Positions 6,889 to 16,443 of a stretch of DNA of 64,000 nucleotides are shown here, piece after piece. The translations under genes were made by a program, and so were the position numbers. A model generated the notes under the pieces. That model made no database searches. It worked only from the letters and a program-made list of their open reading frames with translations, and was not told the DNA's origin. The stretch's first letter is position 1. Each line of letters starts with the position of its first letter. The DNA comes from Chloroflexota bacterium (GTDB lineage: Bacteria > Chloroflexota > Limnocylindria > Limnocylindrales > CSP1-4): positions 4,229-68,228 of the forward strand of contig BPIH01000007.1 of the NCBI GenBank assembly GCA_026004015.1. Direction: 5' to 3'.

Positions 6889-8510
6889 TCAGGACGGCCG
6901 CTGCTCGGCCGCTACGGCTCCGCTCGGCGGCCGCTTCTCGGAGCCGGCTGACGACGAAGGCGGGGTCGAGGCTCGCCAGGAGCCAGCCCGCCCGCGGGCC
7001 GTTGCGGCGCCCGAGGAAGGCGAGGTAGAGGGCGGCGAAGGCACGGCCGCTCGGGAGACCGAGCGAGCCTGCGACCTCGAAGATCCTCGCCTGCCAGGCC
7101 TCGCCGCTCGGCGGACGCGTCGGCCTCGACGGACGCTGCCAGCTCGGCGAGGAAGCGGCGCTCGTCGGCGGCCAGATTGCGGGCAGCCTCGGGCAGGGCG
7201 TCGAAGCGGACCTCGATCCGGGCGGCGTCGGGGGCGTACCGCTCGAGCCAGGCCCGGGCGGCGGCGACCCGCTCCTCGAGGATCGCCCGCTCGCGCTCGG
7301 TGAGGGGGGTCCCCTTCTCCGCCGCGAGCCGCTCGGCGATGTCGATCCCGGGCAGCTGGAGGAGGAGGGCGAGGTGGGCGAAGGGCGGTCGGTAGGCGGC
7401 GGCTTCGGCCTCGACGTCGGCGTCGGGGTCGCGGAGGCGAATAGCGGAAGATCTGCTCGTAGCCGGCCGGGAGCTCGCCCTTGACCGCGCGTCCCGCGGC
7501 CGCGGCGGCAAAGCGGTCGAACTCGTCGAAGAGGCGGGGGATCGCGTCGGTCCCGTCGGGATCGAACTCGATGGCCTGGTTCGGGCGGGGGCGGATGAAG
7601 AGGAAGCGGAGCTGCTCGGGCGGGACGACCTCGGCGATCTCGTGGGCCGCGGCGCCGCGACCGCGGGAGGTCGACATCTTTCGGCCGCCGAGGTTGACGA
7701 ACTCGTACGGGACGTTGAGCGGTGGCTCGCGCTCGAAGACCTCGCGGGCGATGGCGTCGGAGCGGTCGCGGGACCCGCCGGCCGTCGAGAGGTCCTTGCC
7801 GCAGGGCTCGATGGTCACCCCGAAGATGCTCCACTGGGCCGCCCACTCGAGGTTCCAGGGGAGCTTCGCCCGACCGCCGAAGGGCGACGTCCAGCCGCTC
7901 ATCCCGCAGCCCTTCGCCCAGGCGACGAGGTTCGGGCGGCACTCGTAGCGGACCCGCTCGCCGTCCCAGGCGGTGACGATGGTCGTGCCGACCTTGCCGC
8001 AGCGCTCGCAGACGACGCTCACCGGGTGCCAGTCGTCGGGGTGGCGGACGTTGGCAACCCGGCGGTAGATGTCCCGGACGAGCTCCGCCCGGTCGAGGGC
8101 GAGCCGGATGTAGGGTCGACGGCGCCCTCGGCGTAGAGCTCGGACATCCAGTAGTAGCGGTCGGGGCGGATCCCGAGGCGCTCGAAGGTGGCGACGAAGC
8201 GCTCGGCGTGGTGGCGGGCGTAGGAGGCGTGGCCGTCGGCCTCCTGGTCGGGGATGTGGGCGAGGGGTCGTCCCATCTCCCGCTCGACGGCGTCGGGGGT
8301 GAGGAGGGCCTGGGCGTCCATGGGATCCATGTCGTCGATCCCGTAGAGGTAGCGGGTCTCGACGCCGCGGGCCCGGAGCGCCCGGGCGATGACGTCGACG
8401 AGGACGGGCCCGCGGAGGGAGCCGACGTGGACGGTACCGGACGGTGTCTTGCTGTCGTTGACGACCTGCGGCCCGTGCACCCGGGCGGCGAGCTCGTCGG
8501 CCCAGTCCAT
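6889..8510 (-). pseudogene. lysK: class-I lysyl-tRNA synthetase, readable only across 4 frames (3-4 frameshifts)
   Basis: The start MDWADEL..KTPSGTVHVGSLRG (ATG 8508-8510, GGGAG upstream) continues in other frames as RPYIRLALDRAELV..KMSTSRG.., then DPDADVEAEAAAYRPPFAHLALLLQ.., then GEAWQARIFEV..GPRAGWLLASLDPAFV. One junction is a CCC run at 8113-8115 that is one C short. The 3' end is uncertain (6889 or 6912). Confidence 0.85.
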
Positions 8511-8584
8511 GGCTCCCTCGTCTTCGCCCCGGCGGCTCCGACCCGGCTGACTCGTCGCCGCCGGCGGCCGGAGGCCGGGGAGTC

Positions 8585-9061
8585 CTAGCTGATGCTGACG
8601 ATGGTGTACGTGAAGTCGCCGGCGGGGACGCGGACGACGACGGTGTCGCCGGGCTTGCGGCCGAGGAGGGCCCGGCCGACGGGCGACTCGTTCGAGATCT
8701 TGCCCTCGGCGGGACGGGCCTCCGTGGAGCCGACGATGGTGAAGCGCTCCTCGCCGTCGGCGCCGCGGACGACGACGGTCGAGCCGATCTGGACGTGGTC
8801 GGTGGAGCGGTGCTCCTCGATGATCGTGGCGTTCTTGATGAGCGCCTCGAGGGTCGCGATCCGGCCCTCGACGAAGGCCTGCTCGTTCTTGGCGTCCTCG
8901 TACTCGGCGTTCTCCATGACGTCGCCGTGGGCCTTGGCGTCGTGGATCCGCTGGGCGATCTCGGCACGGCGGACGTTGACGAGTTCCTCGAGCTCGGCGC
9001 GGAGCTTCTCGAGCCCCTCCCGGGACAGGTACGTGGGCTTCGTGTTCATCGTTCCGTTCAC
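8585..9061 (-). CDS. greA: transcription elongation factor GreA
   Basis: ORF track. ..YLSREGLEKLRAELEEL..GDVMENAEYEDAKNEQAFVEGRIATLE.. is typical GreA. The ATG at 9049 is an alternative start. Confidence 0.93.
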   Translation of the reverse strand: MNGTMNTKPTYLSREGLEKLRAELEELVNVRRAEIAQRIHDAKAHGDVMENAEYEDAKNEQAFVEGRIATLEALIKNATIIEEHRSTDHVQIGSTVVVRGADGEERFTIVGSTEARPAEGKISNESPVGRALLGRKPGDTVVVRVPAGDFTYTIVSIS

Positions 9062-9286
9062 CCCCGGTGGTCAGGTCGGGCGCCGGGGTTCGCGCCACGT
9101 CGGGGGCCGCGGTCGGTCGGTCCGGGCGTCCCCGTCTGGATAAGGAAAGAACTCCAGGCCCGCCGAAGCGCTGCTCCGCGGCCTGAAGTCCGACCGGCGC
9201 GACATGGTAGCGAGGCGGGCGCCGGGCGTCAAACGCTCCCCCGTTGGGGAGTCGGGCGGGGGCGCCGGGCCGCGTGGCCGGGCCGC

Positions 9287-9505
9287 GTGCACCCGGTGCA
9301 CATTCTGGCGGCCCCTCCGAGCGTCCGGCCGGCCGGCCTGCCGATTCTGTGAACCTCGTGCACGCGGCCGGCAGACCCGGGGAGGCTCGAGCGGCTGCCT
9401 GTCGAGGGCGTGCACCGGACGCACGCCTCGGACCGAAGAAGAGCCTCCCGGCGCCAGGATGTGCACCCCGTGCACGCCGGCCCCGGAAACGTGCACGGGG
9501 TGCAC
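9287..9505. repeat. cluster of GTGCAC-N3-GTGCAC dyads in the greA upstream gap
   Basis: GTGCACccgGTGCAC 9287-9301; single GTGCAC 9358-9363; degenerate GTGCACcggACGCAC 9410-9424; GTGCACcccGTGCAC 9461-9475; GTGCACgggGTGCAC 9491-9505. A further degenerate copy lies at 10972-10984, beyond the IS. Confidence 0.7.
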
Positions 9506-9543
9506 GGAACCGACAGGGTGCGAACCGGCGGGATCGTCGGGAC

Positions 9544-10965
9544 GGGCCCTTGTCAAGATGTGTGGAAATCCCTCCGGGTGGACGGATCGGTCGGGCGCTC
9601 CTAGGCGGCAGGCACCTCCTTCTCTGGACTCGGTGGACTGACGAGGATCCCGTCCTCGAAGCGGGCGCCCTCGACGACGAGGCGGAGGAGCTCGGGCTCG
9701 CCGGCGAGCGAGGCCCAGTTGAGGCTGAGCCGGTCGATGAGCTTGAAGACGAGATAGACGGCGTTGTCCCGGCGGCGGGTCCGACCGACGACCCGGGTCC
9801 GGAGCCGGACCCCGGCGAAGATCGATTCGACCGGGTTGCTCGTCCGCAGGTGGCGCCAGTGCTCGATCGGGTAGTCGTAGAAGCGGGTGAAGTCGTCCCA
9901 GTCGCGGAGGAGCGTCTCGGCGGCGGCGCGCTGGTCGAGTCGCCGGAACCAGGCGAGGACCTCGTCTCGCGCCGCCTCGCAGGCGGCCCGCGACGTCGCC
10001 CCGACGATCCGCTGGAGCCGGCGCCGGGCTTCCGGGGCGAGGCGGGCGGGGAGCCGGTCGAGGATGTTCGTGATCCGGTGGTTCCAGCAGCGCTGGTGCT
10101 CGGTCGTCGGATAGACGTCGACGAGGGCGGCCCAGAGCCCGAGCGCCCCGTCGCCGACGGCGAGCCTGGGCGCCGCCATCCCCCGGTCCCGGAGCGAGCG
10201 GAGGACGGCGGCCCACGATTCGCGGCTCTCCCGGTAGCCGAGCTCGAGGGCGAGGAGCTCCTTGCGCCCGTCGTCCCGGGCGCCCAGGACGACGAGGAGG
10301 CAGGCCGCCTCGGGCTCGAGCCCCGCGTCGAGGTAGATCCCGTCGGCCCAGATGTAGGCGTAGCGGCCGGGGAGCGGCCGGGCCCGCCAGGCCTCGTACT
10401 CGGCCTGCCACTCGTCCTTGAGGCGGAGGATCGTGTTCGGCGAGAGCGGCGCCCGCTCGCCGAGGAGGTGCCGGAAGACCGGCTCGAAGTCGCCCGAGCT
10501 CAAGCCCTCCAGATAGAGGGCGACGAAGAGCGACTGGGCGCTCCGGGTCCAGTAGCGGCGGCGCGGCAGGATCGCCGAGCGGAAGCGGGGGGCATCGGCC
10601 GGGGTTCCGGCGACCCGGGGCGCCCGGACCGGGAGCGACCAGGTCCCCATCCCGATCTCGCGCTCCCGGGCGTAGCCGTTCCGATAGCCGCGGAACGGCG
10701 CACCTCGCTCGTAGCGGGCCCGGCCCAGATACTCGTCGACCTCGGCGCTCAGGAGCTGCTCGAGGATCGAACGGGCGGCCTCGCGGATGAGGGCCTCGAC
10801 GTGGGCCATCGGATCGGCCGTCTCGTCCACGGCGGACGACGGGGTCTGGTAGGCTGACATCGCGGCGTACCTCCTGATGCGTGTTTGGACCTTCCGGAGG
10901 GTACGCCGTTCTTGCTGCCCTGGCTGGGCCGCTCGGGCATTTTCCACACTTCCTTGCCACTGCCC
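9544..10965 (-). mobile_element. second, apparently intact IS256-family insertion sequence (about 1.4 kb)
   Basis: Imperfect terminal inverted repeats GGGCCCTTGTCAAGATGTGTGGAAAT (9544-9569) and CATTTTCCACACTTCCTTGCCACTGCCC (10938-10965). A single intact transposase ORF. No clear 8-9-bp target duplication found, so the ends are +/- a few nt. Confidence 0.78.
9601..10860 (-). CDS. IS256-family (Mutator-like) transposase, intact
   Basis: ORF 9601..10977. The likely start is ATG 10858-10860, with AGGAGG 9 nt upstream (MSAYQTP..). Motifs: ..GYRNGYAREREI.., ..YIWADGIYL.., ..AVGDGALGLWAAL.., ..HQRCWNHRITNIL.., ..HLRTSNPVESIFA.. Confidence 0.92.
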   Translation of the reverse strand: MSAYQTPSSAVDETADPMAHVEALIREAARSILEQLLSAEVDEYLGRARYERGAPFRGYRNGYAREREIGMGTWSLPVRAPRVAGTPADAPRFRSAILPRRRYWTRSAQSLFVALYLEGLSSGDFEPVFRHLLGERAPLSPNTILRLKDEWQAEYEAWRARPLPGRYAYIWADGIYLDAGLEPEAACLLVVLGARDDGRKELLALELGYRESRESWAAVLRSLRDRGMAAPRLAVGDGALGLWAALVDVYPTTEHQRCWNHRITNILDRLPARLAPEARRRLQRIVGATSRAACEAARDEVLAWFRRLDQRAAAETLLRDWDDFTRFYDYPIEHWRHLRTSNPVESIFAGVRLRTRVVGRTRRRDNAVYLVFKLIDRLSLNWASLAGEPELLRLVVEGARFEDGILVSPPSPEKEVPAA

Positions 10966-11073
10966 GGAAACGTGCACGGGGCACGGACCCGACAGCCACG
11001 TGGAAGATGGCCCCCGGGGCTTGGGCCGGGGGAGTCCAGTTCGGCTGGGCGCCCGGGGTGCCGGTCGGGTGTG

Positions 11074-11475
11074 TCAGCTCGGCGCCGGCCGGAGGGGGTA
11101 CTGCTCGTCTCCGAGCTGGCAGATCGAGACCGGGTCGCTCCCCGACCCGCCGGCGTCGGCGATGACATCGCCGCTGTGGGCGACGATCCGGCCCCGGCTG
11201 TCGATGAGAACCGGATCGGGGGCATACCCGATCCGGAAGCCGGGCGGCCAGACGATCTCGAAGCGCTCACCGGTGGCGAGGGCGATCCCCCAGACCGGGT
11301 TCGGCTGGGCCGGATCGATGACGATCCGGAAGGGGAGGAGCGCCGCCGGCGGGCAGAGGATCGGCGGCCCCTCGGGCGGTTCGTCGATCGTCCGGAGCCC
11401 GGACGGCGTCGGCCGGCCTCCGCAGGCGACGAGGGCCACGGCCACGACGAGGGAGAGGGCCTGGCGGCGCGGCAT
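11074..11475 (-). CDS. small lipoprotein (133 aa), unknown function
   Basis: [20 protein letters not shown] has a signal peptide with a lipobox-like LVAC. This is the coding-looking tail of ORF 11074..12864. Confidence 0.65.
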   Translation of the reverse strand: MPRRQALSLVVAVALVACGGRPTPSGLRTIDEPPEGPPILCPPAALLPFRIVIDPAQPNPVWGIALATGERFEIVWPPGFRIGYAPDPVLIDSRGRIVAHSGDVIADAGGSGSDPVSICQLGDEQYPLRPAPS

Positions 11476-11666
11476 CACGTCCCTCGACCTATCGGCGAGC
11501 AGGTCCCGGTGAGGCAGAGCCGAGCATTGAGCGCTTCCATGGCAGATCCATCGCCCCAGAGGCGGTACGGCTACGCCCGTCTCGGGCGCTGATGATGCCA
11601 TACGCCGTCGGCCGCGGATTCGCACTCGCCCGACCCCGCCCCGAGGCGAGGCGCCGACGGCGTCTC

Positions 11667-12122
11667 CTACTCGGCGAGGCGGGCGAGGCGGTGCTTCACC
11701 CGCTGGAGGGCACCCCGGTCGGTGACGGCGACGAAGAGCGTGTCGTCGCCGGCGAGGGAGCCGACGACCTCCGGCCAGCGGGCCCGGTCGATGGCGGCGG
11801 CGATCGGGTGGGCCGAGCCGGGGAGCGTCTTGATGACGAGGAGGAGGCCCGATTCGCGGATCTCGACCGGCAGGTCGCGGAGGAGCCGCCGGAGCCGCTC
11901 CTCGCCGCTCGCCTCGGCCTCTCGGAGCCGGGCCGGGAGGGCGTAGACGGAGACCCCCTCGCGGTTCACCTTGACGAGGCCGAGCTCGGCGACGTCGCGG
12001 CTGATCGTCGCCTGGGTGGCCCGGAAGCCGCGCTCCCGAAGGGCCGCCGCGAGCTCCTGCTGGGTCCGGATCGGGCGCTGCTCGACGAGGTCGCGGATCG
12101 CCCGCTGCCGGAGGCCCTTCAT
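11667..12122 (-). CDS. argR: arginine repressor
   Basis: [52 protein letters not shown] is a winged-helix N-domain. The C-terminal ..[13 protein letters not shown].. is an oligomerisation/Arg-binding motif. A longer start at about 12230 is possible. Confidence 0.85.
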   Translation of the reverse strand: MKGLRQRAIRDLVEQRPIRTQQELAAALRERGFRATQATISRDVAELGLVKVNREGVSVYALPARLREAEASGEERLRRLLRDLPVEIRESGLLLVIKTLPGSAHPIAAAIDRARWPEVVGSLAGDDTLFVAVTDRGALQRVKHRLARLAE

Positions 12123-12232
12123 GATCTCGGTCGACCGCTCGGCCCGGGCGGTCTCCGCCCGGTCGGCTCGACCCTCGCCCGGCCGGACTCCGCGCTCGTC
12201 GGCCCGCTCGCCCGGCCCCCGCTCGCCCATCG

Positions 12233-13061
12233 CTACCGACCCAGGAAGACGAGGACGACGAGGACCGCCAGGCCGACCCGGTAGGCGACGAAGACGTCGG
12301 TCCGGTGGGTCCGGAGGAACCGGAGGAGGCCGTGGATCGCCGCGAGGCCGAGAGGAAGGCGGCGAGCATCCCGGCGACGAGGGCCCCGGGTCGACGGCCG
12401 CGTCGCCGCCGCCGGCGAGGAGCTGGCGAGCTCTCGAAGGCGCCGGCCCCGGCGATGATCGGGGCCGCCATGAGGAAGCTGAAGCGGGCCGCCGCCTCCC
12501 GGTCGAGCCCGGCGACGAGGCCGGCGGCGATGGAGATCCCCGAACGGCTGATGCCCGGGCACGAGGGCGAGGGCCTGGGCGACAGCCGATGCCGACCGCG
12601 GCCGGGAAGCTCAAGCCCGCCATCGAGCGGCGCCGGCGACCATGACGCTCGGCGAGCCAGAGGATCGCCCCGCCGACGACGAGCATGACGCGACGAGGCC
12701 CGGCTGGCGGACGGATCTCCTCGATCGGTTCGTTCAGGAGGTAGCCGGCGACGGCGGCCGGGACCGTCGAGGCGGCGATGAGCCAGGCGAGACGACGGTC
12801 CGGGTCGTCGGCGAAGGAGCGGTCGCGAAGGGCGGCCAGGCCGGCCGGGACGAGGCGTCGCCACTCCCCGCTGAAGTAGACGAGGAGCGCCCCGAGGGTC
12901 GCCAGGTGGAGCATGACCGAGAAGGAGAGGGAACGGATGAAGGCGTCGTCCCAGCCGGCGAGCCAGGGCACGAGGACGAGGTGCCCGGAGCTCGAGATCG
13001 GCAGGAACTCGGTCAGCCCCTGGACGATGCCCATGATGACCGCCTGGACGATGGGGTCCAC
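12233..13061 (-). pseudogene. uppP: undecaprenyl-diphosphate phosphatase (BacA/UppP), readable only with at least 5 frame changes
   Basis: [28 protein letters not shown].. (frame 1) is followed by [74 protein letters not shown] and [38 protein letters not shown] in alternating frames. For example, an extra G lies in GGG 12557-12559. Confidence 0.85.
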
Positions 13062-13115
13062 GACGCCGTCCGGGCCGCCGCCCTCGCCCCGTCCCCTACC
13101 CCGCCGCCCGCCGGG

Positions 13116-15340
13116 CTAGCGGATGAAGAGGGGGGCGAGGACGAGGGTGATCGTCGCCAGCAGCTTGACGAGGACGTGGAGCGACGGCCCGGCCGTGTCC
13201 TTGAAGGGGTCGCCGACGGTGTCGCCGACGACGGCCGCCGCGTGGGCCTCGGTCTTCTTGCCGATGACGTTGCCCTGCTCGTCGGTCAGGTGCCCGGCCT
13301 CGATGTACTTCTTCGCGTTGTCCCAGGCGCCGCCGCCGTTGTTGAGGACCGTGGCGAGGAGGACGCCGGCGATGGTGCCCGACCATGAGGAGGCCGGCCA
13401 CGGCCTGGTAGCCGAGGAGGATGCCGACGACGACCGGCATGAGGACGGCGACGAGGCCCGGGGCGACCATCTCCCGGAGGGCGGCCCGGGTCGTGATGTC
13501 GACGACCCGCGCGTAGTCCGGCTTCTCGCTGAAGTCCATGATCCCGGGATGCTCCCGGAACTGCCGCCGGACCTCGAGGATGATCGAGCTCGCCGCTCGG
13601 CCGACGGCCCGGATGGCGAGGGAGCTGAAGAGGTAGACGAGCATCGAGGCGAGGAAGGCGGCGATGAAGACGTTGACGTCGGCCAGGTCGACGGCCTCCA
13701 TGAGCGGGTCGCCGCGCCGGCTCGAGGATGAGGTTGACCTTGTCGATGTAGGCGCGAGAAGAGGAGGAAGGCGGCGAGCGAGGCCGAGGCGATGGCGTAG
13801 CCCTTCGTGAGGGCCTTCGTCGTGTTCCCGACGGCGTCGAGGCGATCGGTGATCTGCCGGGCCCCGGCTTCGGCCCGGCTGAACTCGGTGATCCCGCCGG
13901 CGTTGTCGGTGATCGGGCCGAAGGTGTCCATGGCGAGGATGTAGGCCGTCGTCATGAGCATGCCCATGGTCGCCACGGCGGTCCCGAAGACGCCGCCCGG
14001 GTTGTGCTCGAGGCCGAGCCCGGCGAAGGCTCCTGGCCGAGCCAGTGGGAGACGAAGAGGGCGATGCCGATGGTGACGGCGGTGACGAAGGTCGTCTCGA
14101 AGCCGACGGCGATGCCCGAGATGATGTTCGTCGCCGGGCCGGTCTTCGACGCCTGGGCGATCTCCTTGCACCGGCCGCCAGGCACCGGCGGTGTAGTACT
14201 GGGTGATGTAGACGAAGGCGACGCTCGTCGCCAGGCCCACGACCCCGGCCCCGAAGAAGTAGAGCCAGATCGGCACGCCGCTCGGGGTCTGGCCGGCGGT
14301 CCCCATCATGACCGAGGTCGTCAGAAGGAGCCCGAGGGCCGAGAGGCCCGTCGTGACCCAGTAGCCCCGGTTGAGCATGTTCATCGGGTCCTCGTCCTCG
14401 CGGCCCCGGATGAAGAACATGGCGACGATGGTGGCTAGGAGACCGAAGGAGCGGACGACGAGGGGGAAGAAGATCCAGGCCGTCGGGTGCGGCCAGCCGA
14501 GGTCGGAGGCGATCTTGTAGACGGCGACGCCGAGGATCATCGCCCCGATGTTCTCGGCCGCCGTCGACTCGAAGAGGTCCGCCCCACGGCCGGCGCAGTC
14601 GCCGACGTTGTCGCCGACGAGGTCGGCCACGACGGCGGCGTTCCGGGGGTCGTCCTCGGGGATGCCGGCCTCGACCTTGCCGACGAGGTCGGCCCCGACG
14701 TCGGCCGCCTTCGTGTAGATCCCGCCGCCGAGCTGGGCGAAGAGGGCGACGAAGCTCGCCCCGAAGCCGAAGCCGACGATGAGGAAGGGCGCCTCGGCGA
14801 CGGTGTCGACCCCGAGGCCGCCGTAGGCGACGAAGATGAGGTAGACGCCGAGGAGGGAGAGGGCGACGACGAGGAAGCCGGACACGGCGCCGCCCCGCAT
14901 CGCCACCTGGACGGCCTCGACGAGGCTCCGCCGGGCCGCGGCGGCGGTCCGCAGGTTCGAGCGGACGGAGATGTACATGCCGATGATGCCCGAGGCCATC
15001 GAGCAGGCCGCCCCGACGAGGAAGGCGATGCCGGTCCGGATCGCCGAGCTCGACGCCGTAGACGTCGGTGTCGGCGACGTCCGGGACCTTCGAAGAAGGC
15101 GATGAGGGCGGCGATGACGACGGCGCCGAGGATCCCGAGCTGGGCGATGGTCGTGTACTGGCGCCGGATGAAGGCGACCGCGCCTTCGAAGATCGTCCCG
15201 GCCACGGCCTGCATCGCCTCCGTCCCGGTGTCGCGGGCGAGGACGTCGCGGGCGAGGTAGAGGGCGAAGAGGACGGCGGCGAGGCCGGCGGGCAGAATGA
15301 TCAGCTGGAGTGCGCTCGCATCCATGAGGGGTCCGGACAT
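13116..15340 (-). pseudogene. hppA: K+/H+-translocating membrane pyrophosphatase, readable only with at least 7 frame changes
   Basis: The family-typical sequence is spread over three frames: [19 protein letters not shown].., [55 protein letters not shown].., [24 protein letters not shown].., ..[13 protein letters not shown].., [21 protein letters not shown].., ..[36 protein letters not shown]. Single extra G/C bases lie at about 15087 and 15044. Confidence 0.9.
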
Positions 15341-15622
15341 CCTCCTGTCAGTGTGACGACCACCGGCGCAGGACGTGCCTGGTCGCGCAGGGCGCGCATC
15401 CGGGGGTCGGCTCGGCGTCGGCCTCGGATCCTCGCCGCGTCGCCGGCGGCGCGGGCGGGAGGCCGGCGGGCAGTGTATCAACGCCCGAAGCGGCGGGTCA
15501 AACTGCCATTCGAGCGCGGCCTATGCATCGCTCGGGCGGCAGCCGTCACCGGGGTCGCTGCCCTCCCCCGGTCGACGGACCGGTCGTGCGGGACCGGTCG
15601 TGCGGGGCCATGCCCCTGCGCT

Positions 15623-16443
15623 ATGGTGGCGGCCGATGTCCCTCCGTTCGACGGCCGGCGGGAGGCCCGGCCGCGACCGGGGCTCGTCGTCCTGATCTCG
15701 CGTCCTGACCTCGCCGTGCTGACGCTCTTCGTCACCGTCGTCGCCGTCGTCGCCGCCGGCCGGCGGCGTCGTCGCCGTCGCCAGCCGCGAGCCGCGAGGC
15801 CGCCACCGTCGGTCTCCTCGTCGCCCTCCTCGGCTCCGTCTTCGTCGCCGACCCGCTCCCGCCGCCGGGAGCCCTCGCCGTCCGGCTCGTCGCCGGCATC
15901 CTCGCCGGCTACCTCCTCTGGGTCGTCGTCCGGAGCGGCCCGGATGCCGACGAGCGGCTCGGTCCTCGGCTGGCCGGTCGAGGCGGTCCTCGCCCTCGCC
16001 GGCGGCCTCGTCGGGTGGGCCAGCCACGGGCTCGGCGCTCCGGGTCGCGGGCCCGAGGCGGCCTCGGCCCTCGGTGTCGCCCTCGTCGTCCTCTCGGCGG
16101 CCCCGGTCGTCCTCGGCGGCCGCGACGTCCTCCGGGTCGGGATCGGACTGACGCTCCTCCTGAGCGGAGCCTTCGCCGTCCGGGTCGGCCTCGCCGGCAC
16201 GCCGGGACCGGCCGAGCAGATCGTCCTGGCCGGGCTGACGGCGGGTCTCGGTGCCGCTGTCGCGATCCTCGTCAGAAACGCGGTCGGGGCGCGGGACGAG
16301 GGGCGGGGTCCCGGCCTGCGAGGGCGGAGGCGGGCCGCGGGGTGGAAGGCGGCGGCGGGGCACGGACCCGGGACGAGGCGGTGCCGCCGTCCGGGGGCCA
16401 GCGACCCGCTCGATCGCCGGCGCGCGACGCGGACGGCGGATGA
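15623..16443 (+). pseudogene. polytopic membrane protein (NuoK/HyfE-like by look only), frameshifted; ends uncertain
   Basis: ATG 15623. Hydrophobic segments LAVLTLFVTVVAVVAAG, TVGLLVALLGSVFVADP..LVAGILAGYLLWVVV and GWPVEAVLALAGGLVGW..GIGLTLLLSGAFAV..LAGLTAGLGAAVAILV lie in two frames. The TGA at 16441-16443 overlaps the next ATG. Confidence 0.45.

Noticed and set aside
5342-7942. Very long Arg/Pro/Gly-rich ORFs: 866 aa here; also 4528..6876, 9071..10999, 19382..21769, 33152..36346, 43233..47165, 47162..49297, 56304..58490
   Set aside because: These are typical shadow ORFs of high-GC DNA lying antisense to or out of frame with clearly recognisable genes (serS, lysK, transposase, lhr, ggt, ligD). 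They have low-complexity composition and no family motifs.
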